From: Cycas panzhihuaensis | Lineage: Eukaryota; Plantae; Cycadophyta | Direction of reading: 5' to 3' | DNA length: 64,000 nt | NCBI GenBank assembly: GCA_023213395.1 | Contig: CM041465.1 | Coordinates: 252,037,741 to 252,101,740, forward strand | Shown here: piece by piece, positions 13,429 through 26,045 of the stretch | Numbering within the stretch: position 1 is the first letter of the stretch | Layout of the letters: the number at the start of each line of letters is the position of its first letter | Position numbers and translations under genes: made by a program | The notes under the pieces: generated by a model | Told to the model about the DNA's origin: nothing | The model's database searches: none | The model's input: the letters and a program-made list of their open reading frames with translations, nothing else

Positions 13429-16400
13429 TGTGAAAAGGGGCCTAATGGCCTTACTATCCCAAGATCTAGAAGCTAGGTTCACTCTAGTTCTAGAAAGCAA
13501 CAAATGCTAACAAGTATGATACTCTTAAGATGAAACATAAGCAAGACAAAACATGAAAAAAGGAGGACCAAGAAAATGATACCAAATGTGAGGGGTTGGA
13601 ATTGGTCCAACCTCCAAATGAATAACAGTTTGATTAGCAAACTGGCAGCATAATAATACAGCTCCAACTCTATATGAGAACAATGAGGAGAGGTCTCATT
13701 ATATTAAGTGAAAGGAGAGACCTAAGGCATTGGATGTTTGACAAGTGTCAAACATCCAAGGTACATGCCTTGCATGTAGGACATGTGTCCTTTTAGGTCA
13801 CTCAAGTGAGCAAAAGTGCATGGGGGTCCATTTGATCCTTTAGTGACAATGTTGTGTCACTAGAAAGAATGTGGGTGTGCACTTTATCACTTAAGTGATA
13901 AGTCACCCCTAAAGTACAAAAGTACAAATATTACATGAAAAATAAAGTACATAATATTAACATGTAAACATAAAGTTTAACACCCCCCCTTACTATTTAC
14001 AATGTTAAGTCGGACCCCTAGACCATCTCTAAATTTTACAAATTTTTCTCTACCAAGTGGCTTGGTAAAGATATCTGTTGTTTGTTGTTCTGTTGGTCGA
14101 TATCGAAGGTTGATCTCACCACTTTGCACATGTTCTCTGATGAAGTGATGATGAACCTCAATGTGTTTGGTCCTTGCATGAAATACAGGATTCTTGGCCA
14201 GCTTGAGCACACTTTGATTGTCGCAATAAATCCTGGTGGGGTGATTCTGCTCAAGTCCAAGTTCCCCAAGAATCCATCGTAGCCAGATAGCTTCACAAGT
14301 TGCGCTGACTACAACTTTGTACTCTGCTTCGATGGAGGACAAGGTAACATTGGATTGCTTCTTGCAACTCCACGAAACAACTGCTGTACCAAGGGAAAAA
14401 CAGTATCTCGAGGTTGATCTCCTGCTATCCTGGCAACCTGCCCAATTAGAATCTGAGAACCCTTCCAGAGTGAAGTTCTCATCATATGCATACTCAAGGC
14501 CATGCTACAATGTGCCTTTGATGTACTTGAGTATGCGTTTAGCTGCATTCCAATGTTTCTGATTAGGTTGAGACATGTATCGTGAACAAATCCCAACTGC
14601 AAATGAAATATCTGGTTGAGTGTTGGTGAGATAAATGAGGCTACCAATCAACTGCCGGTAAAACGTGGGATCTACAGGTGCAGCTTCCTCATTGACAATA
14701 AGCTTAGTTCCATTCTCCATTGGTGTAGGCGTTGGCTTGCAGTTGTGCATCCTGAACCGCTGCAAAATGTCCCAAGAATATTTCGCTTGGGAGATGAAGA
14801 TATAGCCTGGCTGTTGCCATACCTCAAAGCCTAAGAAATAATGGAGAAGTCCAAAATCTGTCATCTCAAAACGTCTCTTCAAGTCATCCTGGAGAATGTG
14901 TATCATCTTAGTGTCATTGCCAGTGATCACTAAGTCATCTACATACAAGACAATAAAAATGGCATGGTTCTTTTCATGTTGGATGTATAGGTTAGGATCT
15001 GAAGTAGATCGATGAAACCCATGTCTCAAGAAGTAATCATCGATCTTTGAGTACCAAGCTCTTGGAGCTTGTTTCAAGCCATATAATGCCTTTTTTAAGC
15101 GACATACTAAATGCTCCTTGCCTTGTACCTTGTAACCGGGAGGTTGCTCCAAGTATACCTCCTCCTGCAGATCGCCATTAAGAAAGGCGCTCTTCACATC
15201 CATCTGAAAGACTGGGCATTTGCATTGACCTGCTAAGGCCAAGATGAGTCTGATGGTGTTCATATTAGCTACTGCTGCAAAAGTTTCCTCGTAGTTTATG
15301 CCTTCCTTTTGTTTGAATCCTTTTGCCACAAGGCGGGCCTTGTGTCGCTTAAGTGTACCATCAGAATGGAATTTGGTCTTATAGACCCATTTGCAACTGA
15401 TTGCCTATTTGTGTTTAGGCAATTCGACCAAATCCCAAGTACCATTCTTTTCAATAGAATGGATTTCTTCATCCATGGCAGCCTTCCAATTTTCATTTTC
15501 AGAAGCCTCCTCAAAGGTGGAAGGCTCATCAACACAAAGCACTTCAGCCATAAGTGCAAAATTGGTCTATTGCCTGTATTTTGATGGCCGTTTTCCTTCA
15601 ATGATGTGGTCGTCCTGTACTATGAGTATACCATTTTGGTAACTTCTGAATTGATGTGACTTGAACCTCAAGATCTTCTAGTCTAAGTGGTTGATCAACA
15701 GAAGATGTGCTAGGATCATGTGGAGCCAAATCAGATGATGTACACGGTCTAGCAGGTGCAGATGATGTACATGGAGTAGAAGATTGAGAGGGAAGGAAAG
15801 CCTCAACAATCTTTTTGCCTTTGTCAATGGGGGTTGCATGGATGTTATTTGCAACTCCTTATGATTGTCTTCAGCAAAGATTACATCTCTTGAGAGATGC
15901 ATTTTCTTTCCAATGGGATCATACAACTCGTAGGCTTTGCTATGAATGGCATAACCTACAAAGATGCATTTTAGACTATGTTTGTCTAATTTTGTTCTTT
16001 GTTGGTCGGGGATGTGCATATAAGCAGTGCACCTAAAAGTCCTCAAATGGCTGACAGTTGGCTTTTGCCGCACCATGCCTCCTCGGGTGTGATGTCGGTG
16101 ACTCATGTAGTTGGACTTGATTGGCCACATAGGCGGTGTGTGGAATGCCTGCACTTGATGGCTCGAGTGAGTCCTTGTGCATGCGTTATTGCTTTGGCTT
16201 TATTAGCCAAAGTTCTGTTCATTCTTTCGGAGACTCCATTTTGTTGAGGAGTGTGAGGAATAGTAAGCTGTCTCTGAATGCCATTATCCTTGCAGAATTG
16301 GGGGAATTCATTTGAAGTAAATTCACCTCCATTGTCTATCCTTAATGTTTTGATAGAATGACCAGACTCGTTCTCCACTTCAAGCTTGAATTCTTTGAAC

Positions 16401-19400
16401 TTTGAAAATACTTCAGACTTGTGCTTGATGAAGTAGACCCAGACTTTATGAGAAAAGTCATCAATGAAGGAGATGTAGTACAAAGCTCCTCCAAAAGATG
16501 CGGTGGGCATAGGTCCACACAAATCTGAGTGTACCAGCTGCAAAGGATGTGATGCACGCCAAGTTTTGCCTTTAGGGAAAGCCAAGCGATGTTGAGTCCC
16601 CATTATGCATGCTTCACAAAGACATTTTGTGCCATATATCTTTGGAAGCCTATGTACCACGTTTTTGTTTATCATCTGCCTGAGATTGTCTAAGCTCAAA
16701 TGGCCTAGACGTTGATGCCAAAGTTACATCTTGGACAAGTGTTGAGTGACAATAGAACCAGAGTAAGCAAAATCAAGTGTTATGTTATTAGCATCCAACT
16801 TGTAGAGGCCATGATCCTCATATCCAACAGCTACTACTTGGTCATCTTTGTCACTTATTACACATTTCCCATTTTTTAACAAGATGCTCATCTGTTGCTT
16901 GTCCAATTTGCTAACAAATAGCAAGCTCTTGTCCATAGAAGGTATAAAGTAGGCATTGCCATTGGGAAATGAAGAGGAAGGATTAGAAGAAGAATGAAAT
17001 GGAGCTATTGTGCTTATGCCAGAAATTTTGACAAATTGATTGTTGCCAAAGGTCACTGATTGACCTTGTCCTTCCTTGATGTCGCAAAGGAGTTCTTCAC
17101 TCCCAGTCATGTGTTGTGTAGCTCCAGAATCAATGATCCAAGTTTCATCAACCTTGGATGATTGATAAGCACAAAACAGTTTGTCTTCATCTGCAAACTA
17201 ATTGAAGTGGCGTTGATTGCCACCTCTAAAGCCACCCCTTCCTCTTTGACCTCCTCGATAGGCACCTCGATTTGGTCGAGCGGGTTGTTGTTGTTGTTGC
17301 TGGAATCTTTGTTGGAATTGTTGACGTGGCTACTACTACTCTTGTCGTAGATCTTCTTGCTTCTTCCTACAATCAGGTGCAATGTGGCCAGCTTTGCCAC
17401 AATAATGACAAACAACATTGGTCTTTGAGGAACCAATGTTCATGTTCCCAAACTGCTTTGAGAGTGCAGGTTTGGGGTTCTACTTGGCCTTTGATTTGGC
17501 CGTGAATGCACCTGATGTTGATGGTTCGTCCTCATTATCCTTGGTGTAAATTTGTTCCTCTTGAAGCAACAAGCTTTCAAGTTCATTAAATGACATTCTT
17601 TTGAGAGAACCATCTCGTAGAGTAGAAGATATAAAGCCAATGTAGTCCTTTGGCAAAGCTTTGGTGATAGATGTTATAAGCTCATCTCTAGTTGCTGGAC
17701 TACCTAGTGTATTCAATTCATTACATACCTCCTTGATGGAGGAAAGAAAAGCTGACATAGGCTTGATAAACTTTATAGAATACAACTTGGTTTTTACCAT
17801 CAAAATGCGAGCTTCATCTCGCCTTTCATACAAAGAGGACAAAATGTCCCATGCTTCCTTGGAAGTTTTTGCACATACAATATTTTGATCTACATGTACA
17901 TCAACAATCATATGAAGGAATGCCAAAGCGATTTCATCTTTGGCTTCCCAAGCAACAACAAAAACATCATCAGGTTGAACAGTTACATCACCATTGACAA
18001 CAGGTACAGGTTGGGGTATCCTTCCAGAAACATAACCCCAAAATTCATTCATTATCAACAAATTCTGAGTAATTCTCTTCCATTCTTGATTGTTATCTTG
18101 TCATATTAGTCTAATGGTGCATGCATTAAGCATGTTAATTGCAGCCATGTTTCAGTTGTAAGGCTTGAAGCTAGCAGATAACTTGGAAACTCAAAGCTTT
18201 TGTCGCTTAAGTTCCACCTTTTAACGAAACCAATAGTTCTGATCTTACTAGAAGATCCAACAACTGAATGGAATGATGAGGGGTGGAGGACTAGGCTATG
18301 GAGTTGGTCCAACCCTGATCTATAGAGGAGATCCAACAGTTGGCCAAGTTAAATCTAGGACAAAGGCGGTAGGGTTGATCCGCATGGACGTACCATGCTT
18401 TCCACAGGATTCATCCCCAATAACACCCTTTTCGAACCTCCTTTCCCTCAAGCAACCTTAATTGTCGTGCACTGACCGTACAGTCGGTTGGTCCCCTAGG
18501 GAATGCACCAAGCTTAAGGTTATTTCAAAGGCAAGGTTTGAACCTTTTTCGGGCCTCTCCAACAAGATTTTTAAGTCACTTTTTAGAAGGTTAAAGTGAA
18601 CTTAAGATTTATTTTTACTTGGATGATGTACTTATAAAAGTGCTTGATTAAGCTTATAATGAAAGAGGCTTCAAAAAGAATCAAGCTAGTACATCAAATG
18701 AACACTTAAAGTGTTGTTTACAATGAGCACTTAATGAAGTGAGAGTGCTTATGTTGATCCAAGTAAAGAAAGATGCTTGAGTACCATGAGTTTTGCAAGA
18801 AAAGTACTTTGAAAAGATGCTAAGTACTCAAAGAAATAAAGCAAAACTTTGTGATGAAAGTACAAGTGGGTTCCTTTTAATGCTCAAAAGTGAAGAGAAG
18901 AAGACCACTTGCTAAATAAGGACACCAGGCACCAAGTGTTGGGACCTTAAAATAGTCCCAACGATCAAAAAATGAAGTGATTTTATTAAATAGAAGTGTT
19001 TTTTAGCCCCTTTTTTAGACTAAGGGCACTAGGTCACCATGCAAGGTGCCTTAAAAAGAGTGTTGAAACAGTGATAAATATCACTTTTGACAAGGTATCA
19101 ACACTTAAAATCACTTTCAACAAGACTTTTTAACACTTAAACATGAAATAAGTGTAAAATAAAGCTTGAAATGCCTAAAAACAAAGGCTGAAATTCAATT
19201 TTTTTTGCAACTTTGAGCAACAAGGACACCACGCAGGGAGCCTTAATGAACACTTTGATCAAGTATTTTTAATCTCCAAAGATGAGTGAATGACTTAGCA
19301 TTAGTGATTTAATGAGATCACTAAGTACAATGAAGATTTTTAACTCCAAAAAGTGAAAAAAAGTTGATTTTTTCCTTAAAAGAATTAAGCCAAAAAAGTC

Positions 19401-21128
19401 TTGAATAACAGAAAAAAGCTTAGAAGGAAGAAAAAATATAACTTTTTTAATGAAGAAATACTGAAAAAGACTTGATTAAGTCCTTCTGTCACCAAGTGAA
19501 ATCACTGTAGTTAAGGGATTAACAAATCACTAGAAAAAACTTAAATTGATTAAAAAAAAGGTGATTTTAGTGATTTCAAAGTGACTTAGCATAAATAAAC
19601 TTTATGAAAAAATGAATATTCTAAAGAATATTCCTAAAAACATAACATAAAGTTTATTTCATAAAGTGTATACTTCAAATACTTCTTAAAATTTGAAATT
19701 TGAATGGCGGCGTGATCGGGCCACTTTCGTGACTTCGTGGATCTTGATGAATCGGTGAAAACCGGAGGCGTGGTCACCCACCCCGCATGAGATTCACCGA
19801 TTTGAGCAATCATAGCAACCTATGGAGAGAGAACAAACTTGATAGGACTTTGGCTGTGTGCACGGACTTAGTCAAGTTGGGCGGTTGCCGTGCAAGGTGA
19901 GGATGATGTCCAGTCACCGTATGAACTCTGCGGGACCCGCAAGGAGGAGAGGCACCCTCTCAAAGACTGCAGAACCCAGTATCAATTCTTCACCAATGAT
20001 TTGGAGCTTTTTCTGGGGTTTGTGAAGGACACCCAATAGAGTGAAGTCACTTAGTAATTTTTCAAACGCTGAGAACCTACTGAATATGTTCACAAAGCCT
20101 GCAACAAGGATCAGACAAGAAGCAACAAGTAGAAACGAATGTTTTTGTTCAAAAAACTTGCTCTGTTAGTAGAAAAATGACCCAACACAGTGAAAAAATA
20201 GGTACAGCCTGAGTGCAGTGACTGAAGATCTACCTTTTAGTCCAAAAAAAACACATATAACTCCTAAGATCTACCTTGGATTACAGAAGAATAATTTTTT
20301 CTGAGTAAGATAATTAAAAAAATCATTGCTTTTGAAGAAACAGTGAATGCTGCACATTAGACAAAGTCTAAAAAAAAAAATTCAGATCTAAAAAATATCC
20401 CTGCTCCAGCTTTCAATGCTGCTCTAGAAGCTTGAACCAACAAGAAATGGGTCTTAGCAAACCTTGGATCGCCTTCGAAGAGCGAAAGTCGTCACCAAGG
20501 GTTTGTAGCCCTTCTTTGAATCTCCTTGAGCAACAACAAACAGAACAGAGGGAACTAGTCTCCTCTTGCTCTGATACCAAATGTGAAAAGGGACCTAATG
20601 GCCTTACTATCCCAAGATCTAGAAGCTAGGTTCACTCTAGTTCTAGAAAGCAACAAATGCTAACAAGTATGATACTCTTAAGATGAAACATAAGCAAGAC
20701 AAAACATGAAAAAAGGAGGAGCAAGAAAATGATACCAAATGTAAGGGGTTGGAATTGGTCCAACCTCCAAATGAATAACAGTTTGATTAGCAAAAAGACA
20801 GCATAACAATACAGCTCCAATGAGAACAATGAGGAGAGGTCTCATTATATAGAGTGAAATGAGAGACCTAAGGCATTGGATGTTTGACAAATGTCAAACA
20901 TCCAAGGTACATGCCTTGCATGTAGGACATGTGTCATTTTAGGACTCTCAAGTGAGCAAAAGTGCATGGGGGTCCATTTGACCCTTTAGTGACAATGTTG
21001 TGTCACTAGAAAGAATGTGAGTGTGCACTTTATCACTTAAGTGATAAGTCACCCCTAAAGTACAAAAGTACAAATATTACATGAAAAATAAAGTACATAA
21101 TCTTAACATGTAAACATAAGGTTTAACA
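13429..21128 (-). mobile_element. Full-length Ty1/copia LTR retrotransposon (frameshifted gag-PR-IN-RT-RH)
   Basis: Near-identical LTRs 13429-13982 and 20582-21128 (TG..CA). PBS TGGTATCAGAGC 20568-20579. PPT 13983-13991. TSD GATCA/AATCA (4/5). ORFs: gag 17480-18061, IN 16103-16699, RT 14505-15329 (YVDDL), RH 13977-14342. Confidence 0.97.
13977..18148 (-). pseudogene. copia gag-pol polyprotein, disrupted by frameshifts and stops
   Basis: Domain order gag, PR, GAG-pre, IN (LVHSDLCGP, DNGGEF), RT (QMDVKSAFLNG, LYGLKQAPRAW, YVDD), RH (RTKHIEVHHHF). Probable start ATG at 18148. Confidence 0.93.
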
Positions 21129-23790
21129 AATCACCCATTCCCAATTAGTGCAAAGGCTATCTTCTTCCAATTTTGTATGCAACCATTGGCATATGACCAA
21201 GGCCTTCCGAAGAGGGCACGGTATGGCATGTTACTTGGCATTGACTCTATTATTGCAAACTCCAAGATAGTTGTGATACCTGCAACATTGACGATAATCT
21301 CTAGCACTATTCTTAGGAGTCAAATCTTTAGTTGATCAGCCTATTTTATAAAGAAATTTAGGAAGCCTAAGGGTCCGGATTCTATCTTTTCCCAAGTAGA
21401 CACTAGTAAAACATTAAAGCCTAAACCTCCATCTATTATTCTTGAACAACATAATTGAGCACATATTTGTATTGGCATACAGGCATCTGCATCTGGCACT
21501 CAAAAGCACATTGTAGTGCTATTTCTAGGACTTCCTTGGTAAACAGTTCTCCATTAGATACTCCACATTCCTGCCAAGTAAATACTACTACCAACGGTAT
21601 TGCCACCCCAAACTTTTCTACTAATTTCCTCAATAGGTCCATTTTTTGTGTCATTGCCATAGCTTCAACTGTCACTACAATGTTATCGACTTCAGGTTGG
21701 GTTACCCTCCGTTTATATCCTCATTTGATTTTAGACCTTTTCTCAAGTGGCCTACTTTATTGGACTTATCATTCTACAACTTCTTTGTAGCCTTTGCCTC
21801 CTAAAACCTATCTATCCTATGGTTCCTGTCATTTGTTTCAACAGTGCCTTTCTTCCATGTCTGGAAGCTGATATTCAAAACTAGCTCACCTAGTATTATC
21901 ATAGTAAGATTAGTTGATTTCACCAACATTGGAAAGTTATCATAATTGTGACAACCTCAACAACACTTTCTACAAATATGTTTCCCACTTCTCCTACTTT
22001 CTCATAAAGGCAGTCTACTCTCCAGTACCCAAATTCCAAACAATGAAGACATTTTACTAGGGGTTTTGTTTGCCTATTGCCATTGCATAGTCCTATTTTG
22101 GCACTATAGACTGGAATAGTGGCTCTGTCCTTGACCCTGGATTCTATCTCAAGTTTCTCCATTTTTATGACTATCAGACTAACACCCACTGGTATTATGG
22201 GTGTCTGCAGCACAAATGTGGCACAATTTCTCTTTTTGTGGTCTTACACACATTTTTGTGGTTTGTTTCTAGTGGCATTGCATGCCATCACACCATACAA
22301 TCTTTCTCTGTTTTCCCTTGAGTTTGTCCTACTTCAATTGAGCTGCTTCTGATTGAAGCACCTCAATTTCAAACATATCCACCAATTGATTCCCATTGTC
22401 TTTAGGCATAGCTCACACCATCTATTCCTAATTTAATTCAGCTATTTTGTTGCATAATCATTCTAAAGAAGCATTTTTAACTATCTACTTCATTTTACAT
22501 ATGGATCCCAAATTTTAGGGCTTGCTCTTTAATCTGATTATCCTCAATCTTTCCTAAAATTTGGATGATAGCACTTCCACAAAGTACTCTTGCACATATA
22601 ACTAAGATATTTTCTCTTTTGAGTCCATTTGGAATGCCATCAAAATTTATTATGAATTAACCATGACATTGTCTCATCTCCCTTAATGCTCTTATTATGG
22701 TTTTATTTCCTTGTGCTTTTCGCAATATCATTAGGAACTGTGACTTTGTTTTATCCCATGGCAGGGTAGCTATCTGCAACGCTTGCACCTCCTAGTTCAA
22801 GATGTCTCACAGTTCCCAAAAAACTACTCTTAATGTCTGCTCAATCTGTGACACTTCTTATCTCAAGCAGGTTCTCAAATAATGTCAACATGATCAGAAG
22901 GTTTCCCTGTCTTCTCAAAAATCAAATCGACAAAGGAATTGTTACTCTGATGCACTGGACCTGAATTCATAGTGCCCATCGTCTACAGGGTACAGATGAG
23001 CTGAGTTTGAAGGCATTTGAAACAGTTTGGTAAACCATTTTACGATGTTAAAAAATTGAAATGTAAGGCAGGGGAAAGTTTGGGAGGCTTTAAAAAAGGA
23101 AAAAAAAGGATAATCTGAACTATGATGATCCTGTAGCTAGAGAGACAGATGACCTGAAGAGGCTGGGAGAATATTAATGCTGATTGCAATCAGAAAGCTA
23201 CCCATCCACAACAGTCAAGTACAAAAAGCATACAGAATCGAAGACTTAGAAAAACCTCCTCAACCATTGAGCCATAGGGGAAGCTCAACTCTAATAAAAA
23301 ACCAGAGGTGCCTTAATACCACCTACGCAGCTTGCATTTTGCAACCTCTGCTGCACATAAACCACTGTAATGCTGGGCACCACTGTCTTTGAACTAGTAT
23401 GAATTAGCTCTTGTTCTTTCACATACACCGTAGGAACCTCTGGCACTCTTGCCATTGAACCAATTATTATTTGGCTTTTCTCGCTTCTATGCATGTTGTA
23501 GGGATGAATGAGTTTAGCATGGCAAAGATTATTGTTGCTTGGTGATTCACAAAATTTCAAAGCTGCCATGCAAAACAGGCCAGAAAGAATGAAGTGTTCC
23601 CAATGGTTCATACTGTGCTGACCAATTTAATTCAGCGCTTTGCTTGCCCCTCCCCAAGACAAAAAAGGCAAAAGAAAAGGAAACAAGCATACATGACATA
23701 GGATGTATATGACAACTACATCTTCATTTTAATGGACCGTCTTACAAATCAGATAAAAACCCATATGTGATTCAGCAAAGCCCACCATAC

Positions 23791-23871
23791 CTCACAAACA
23801 ACACTACCATCAACATACTTGCATGGTATGTCCTCAAGAACATCTCCAGGCAGCCAACCACCATCAATCGC
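23791..23871 (-). CDS. PHL: PHL exon (81 nt; AIDGGWLPGDVLEDIPCKYVDGSVVCE)
   Basis: Acceptor TTGACAG, donor GTATGG; Spt20 core motif. Confidence 0.93.
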
Positions 23872-25381
23872 CTGTCAAATTTGCAAACCACATTCTTGTT
23901 AATATAAACATAAACTTCTATTCCAAGTGTTTCACTACAAAACAAAATCAAGCATAGAAAAGAACAATTCAGTGCATCGGTGTTGTCATTATGTTTCTGA
24001 ATGAAAGGTAAAGCCATATATGGGACGTGTCCTACATGTGGAAAAAGGGAAAAGGCCAAAAAGAAATGCCAATGAAATTCGGGAATCAAACAAGTTTCCC
24101 ATAAGTCAGGCATTCAAGTGGCTCCCAACAATTTAATAATAATAATAATGTTTCCTGCTTTAGGATATGTTAATACAAACACTTGAAACCAAAATTGAGC
24201 TAAATATGGTAACAACTAATCTGCATCATGATCAACCATGACAACACTAGGCATCCACCATATTTTAACTGGTGTTCCACGGAAGTCTCACCAGATGAGT
24301 GCATAATAATTTATCTACAATCTTCATCAGCATCCCACAGCACAGATCAATAAAATAAGCATCAAGAATAGCCAATATGGTGAGTTTCTGAAACCAGCCC
24401 GACATAGACAAATATGTATTCACAAACAAAATTGCCCTCTGAATCCTTCTTGTTCAGGAACATGACTTTGCATGAAATGATATCCTAAACTTCTTCCAAG
24501 AATGAGGTGAATCAAAGCTCTGCTTCACATACAAACCATGCAGTGAGATGGTATGTTTTGGCATAACAATTGCATAAGAAAACAAAGGATGTGATGAAAA
24601 ATCCCGAACAGAAACTCTCATCCAAAGGACATTTTTCCTTTTTTTTTCTTTCTTTTCCTCCTCATTTTATCTTTTTTTTCTATTTTCTTTTTGCTTGCCT
24701 TTCAAAGAAAGGCATAACTTAGGTTAAAGCAGTTGCTTAAGGTCTTCAGTGACAAAAAATTGTAGCTCCACCATAACAAACAGTGTTATAACAAACTATG
24801 TTATGCTACGGGACCAACCTCCATATCAACTAGAAAAGGCAACAATCTAACATCTGCAATCAGATGTGCCCTTACCCGGAAAAGAGTCTCACTTGTTCGG
24901 TCATAGGGATGCAATGTCTCTGTCAACTCCTGAGCTGAAGGTGGTGACTTCCCTTTCTAAATATCGAAACAAGACCAACACTAAGAAAATTATATTCAAA
25001 AGGAAAATATTCATGTTTAAATCATTAACGCATCTCAGCTATGAACAATTATAAACAAATGCAAATAGACTACCATTGTTTGTCCACAAACCTCTGTTGG
25101 CTTTCCAATAGAAAATCCATCAGGGAACAAGTTCACAGCAAAAGATGCTTCATGCTCTGCCAAAAGAACAACAATCAAACACATGATTATGATATAGAGC
25201 TGATCATACAACATAATATCTCCAAAGCACATGATCATCATGCATAAATATAGCACATTCATAATACATTTTAGTGAAGCTCAGTATGTTTAATCTCACC
25301 AGGTGTTATGGGATGTCCTTCAGAGCTTGCCGATGAAAGTGAATGTGCAACAAGATCTCCACTCATCTTTACCAATGCAAC
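23791..25381 (-). CDS. PHL: Partial spliced gene: PHYTOCHROME-DEPENDENT LATE-FLOWERING / Spt20-family SAGA subunit, N-terminal Spt20-domain exons
   Basis: Four GT-AG exons splice in frame to VALVKMSGDLVAHSLSSASSEGHPITPEHEASFAVNLFPDGFSIGKPTEKGKSPPSAQELTETLHPYDRTSETLFRAIDGGWLPGDVLEDIPCKYVDGSVVCE. This matches, from recall, Arabidopsis PHL motifs HEVSF.L.LYP.GYSIGK, LHPYDR and AIE.GRLPGDILEDIPCKFVDG...CE. Confidence 0.92.
24876..24956 (-). CDS. PHL: PHL exon (81 nt; KGKSPPSAQELTETLHPYDRTSETLFR)
   Basis: Acceptor TTTAG, donor GTAAGG; LHPYDR motif of the Spt20 domain. Confidence 0.92.
25092..25156 (-). CDS. PHL: PHL exon (65 nt; (E)HEASFAVNLFPDGFSIGKPTE)
   Basis: Acceptor TTTTGGCAG, donor GTTTGT; conserved PHL motif. 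Confidence 0.92.
25300..25381 (-). CDS. PHL: PHL exon (82 nt; VALVKMSGDLVAHSLSSASSEGHPITP+G)
   Basis: Acceptor TGTGCAG, donor GTGAGA. Open frame whose phase 1 end matches the next exon. Confidence 0.8.
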
Positions 25382-26045
25382 CTGCACAGGCACATAATTT
25401 CAGGAACTTATCTCTCCCCTTCAACATGATTCCTACGAAACAGGCTGGGGTGGAAAAACAATACAGAGGATAGACAAGGTAAAAGAAAAAAGAAAAAGGA
25501 AAGGAAGCAAATGGAATGAAAGATATTTTCAGCATCTAAGCCATGAAAAAGTTCATCCATCCAATGTACATTGTAACTATCATGATACTGATCATACTGG
25601 GATTAAAGACCTGCTTAGAGGTTCAGTTAAAGTTACAAGGTGGGACATGCCTTTATCATATTATTATATTATGGCTGAGATTGGCCCAACCTTACCTATT
25701 CCAGGCCAAGTCTGCCCAAAATCAGTTGTTATTTCCAAGGTCTGCCCCAAGAGTATTACATTATATTATGGGAAGGTCAACCCACACAGCGAGGCAACTG
25801 AAAACTACCATACAAATAACCATCTGGAGGTCTCATTTGAGGATAGTTCAGATTGTCCAGGATCCTGGAAGTCGATCAAAATTTGAGGTGGAATCCCAAG
25901 ACTAACATTAGGCCGCAGCCCCCCTAAGGGAAGGCAGCGCTGCAGGTAGCAACCGCAAGTGCTTCTGAAACTCAACCGTGAAATTTCAAAACTTAGATTT
26001 GGATCAACTATGTATTAATGTATATCATGAAACTTACCATTATCT

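Larger units (their letters stand above)
11600..22980 (-). mobile_element. Degenerate Ty3/gypsy (non-chromovirus type) gag-protease element, split by copia 13429-21128
   Basis: Gag remnants 22980-21900 with zinc knuckle CLHCLEFGYWRVDC. Protease-like DGGLGFNV..YRALFGRPW at ~21435-21190. The reading frame resumes left of the copia (ORF 13202-13429). Outer ends approximate. Confidence 0.6.

Noticed and set aside
13479-13667. Hydrophobic ORF duplicated at 20632-20829 (env-like or membrane peptide?)
   Set aside because: Lies wholly within the T-rich part of the paired LTRs and starts at a non-ATG codon; hydrophobicity follows base composition
23291-23611. 106-aa minus-strand ORF next to the PHL exons
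   Set aside because: No similarity to the expected next PHL exon (V.DYR) or to any domain I recognise; treated as intronic
25543-25905. Plus-strand ORFs of 120 and 79 aa
   Set aside because: Antisense to PHL, no recognisable motifs
25821-25964. Possible 144-nt PHL exon (TTTCAG acceptor, GTTATT donor; GC-rich)
   Set aside because: The only open frame is out of phase with exon 25381, the phase-0 frame has a TAA, and the donor is weak. At most a poison or UTR exon without evidence.
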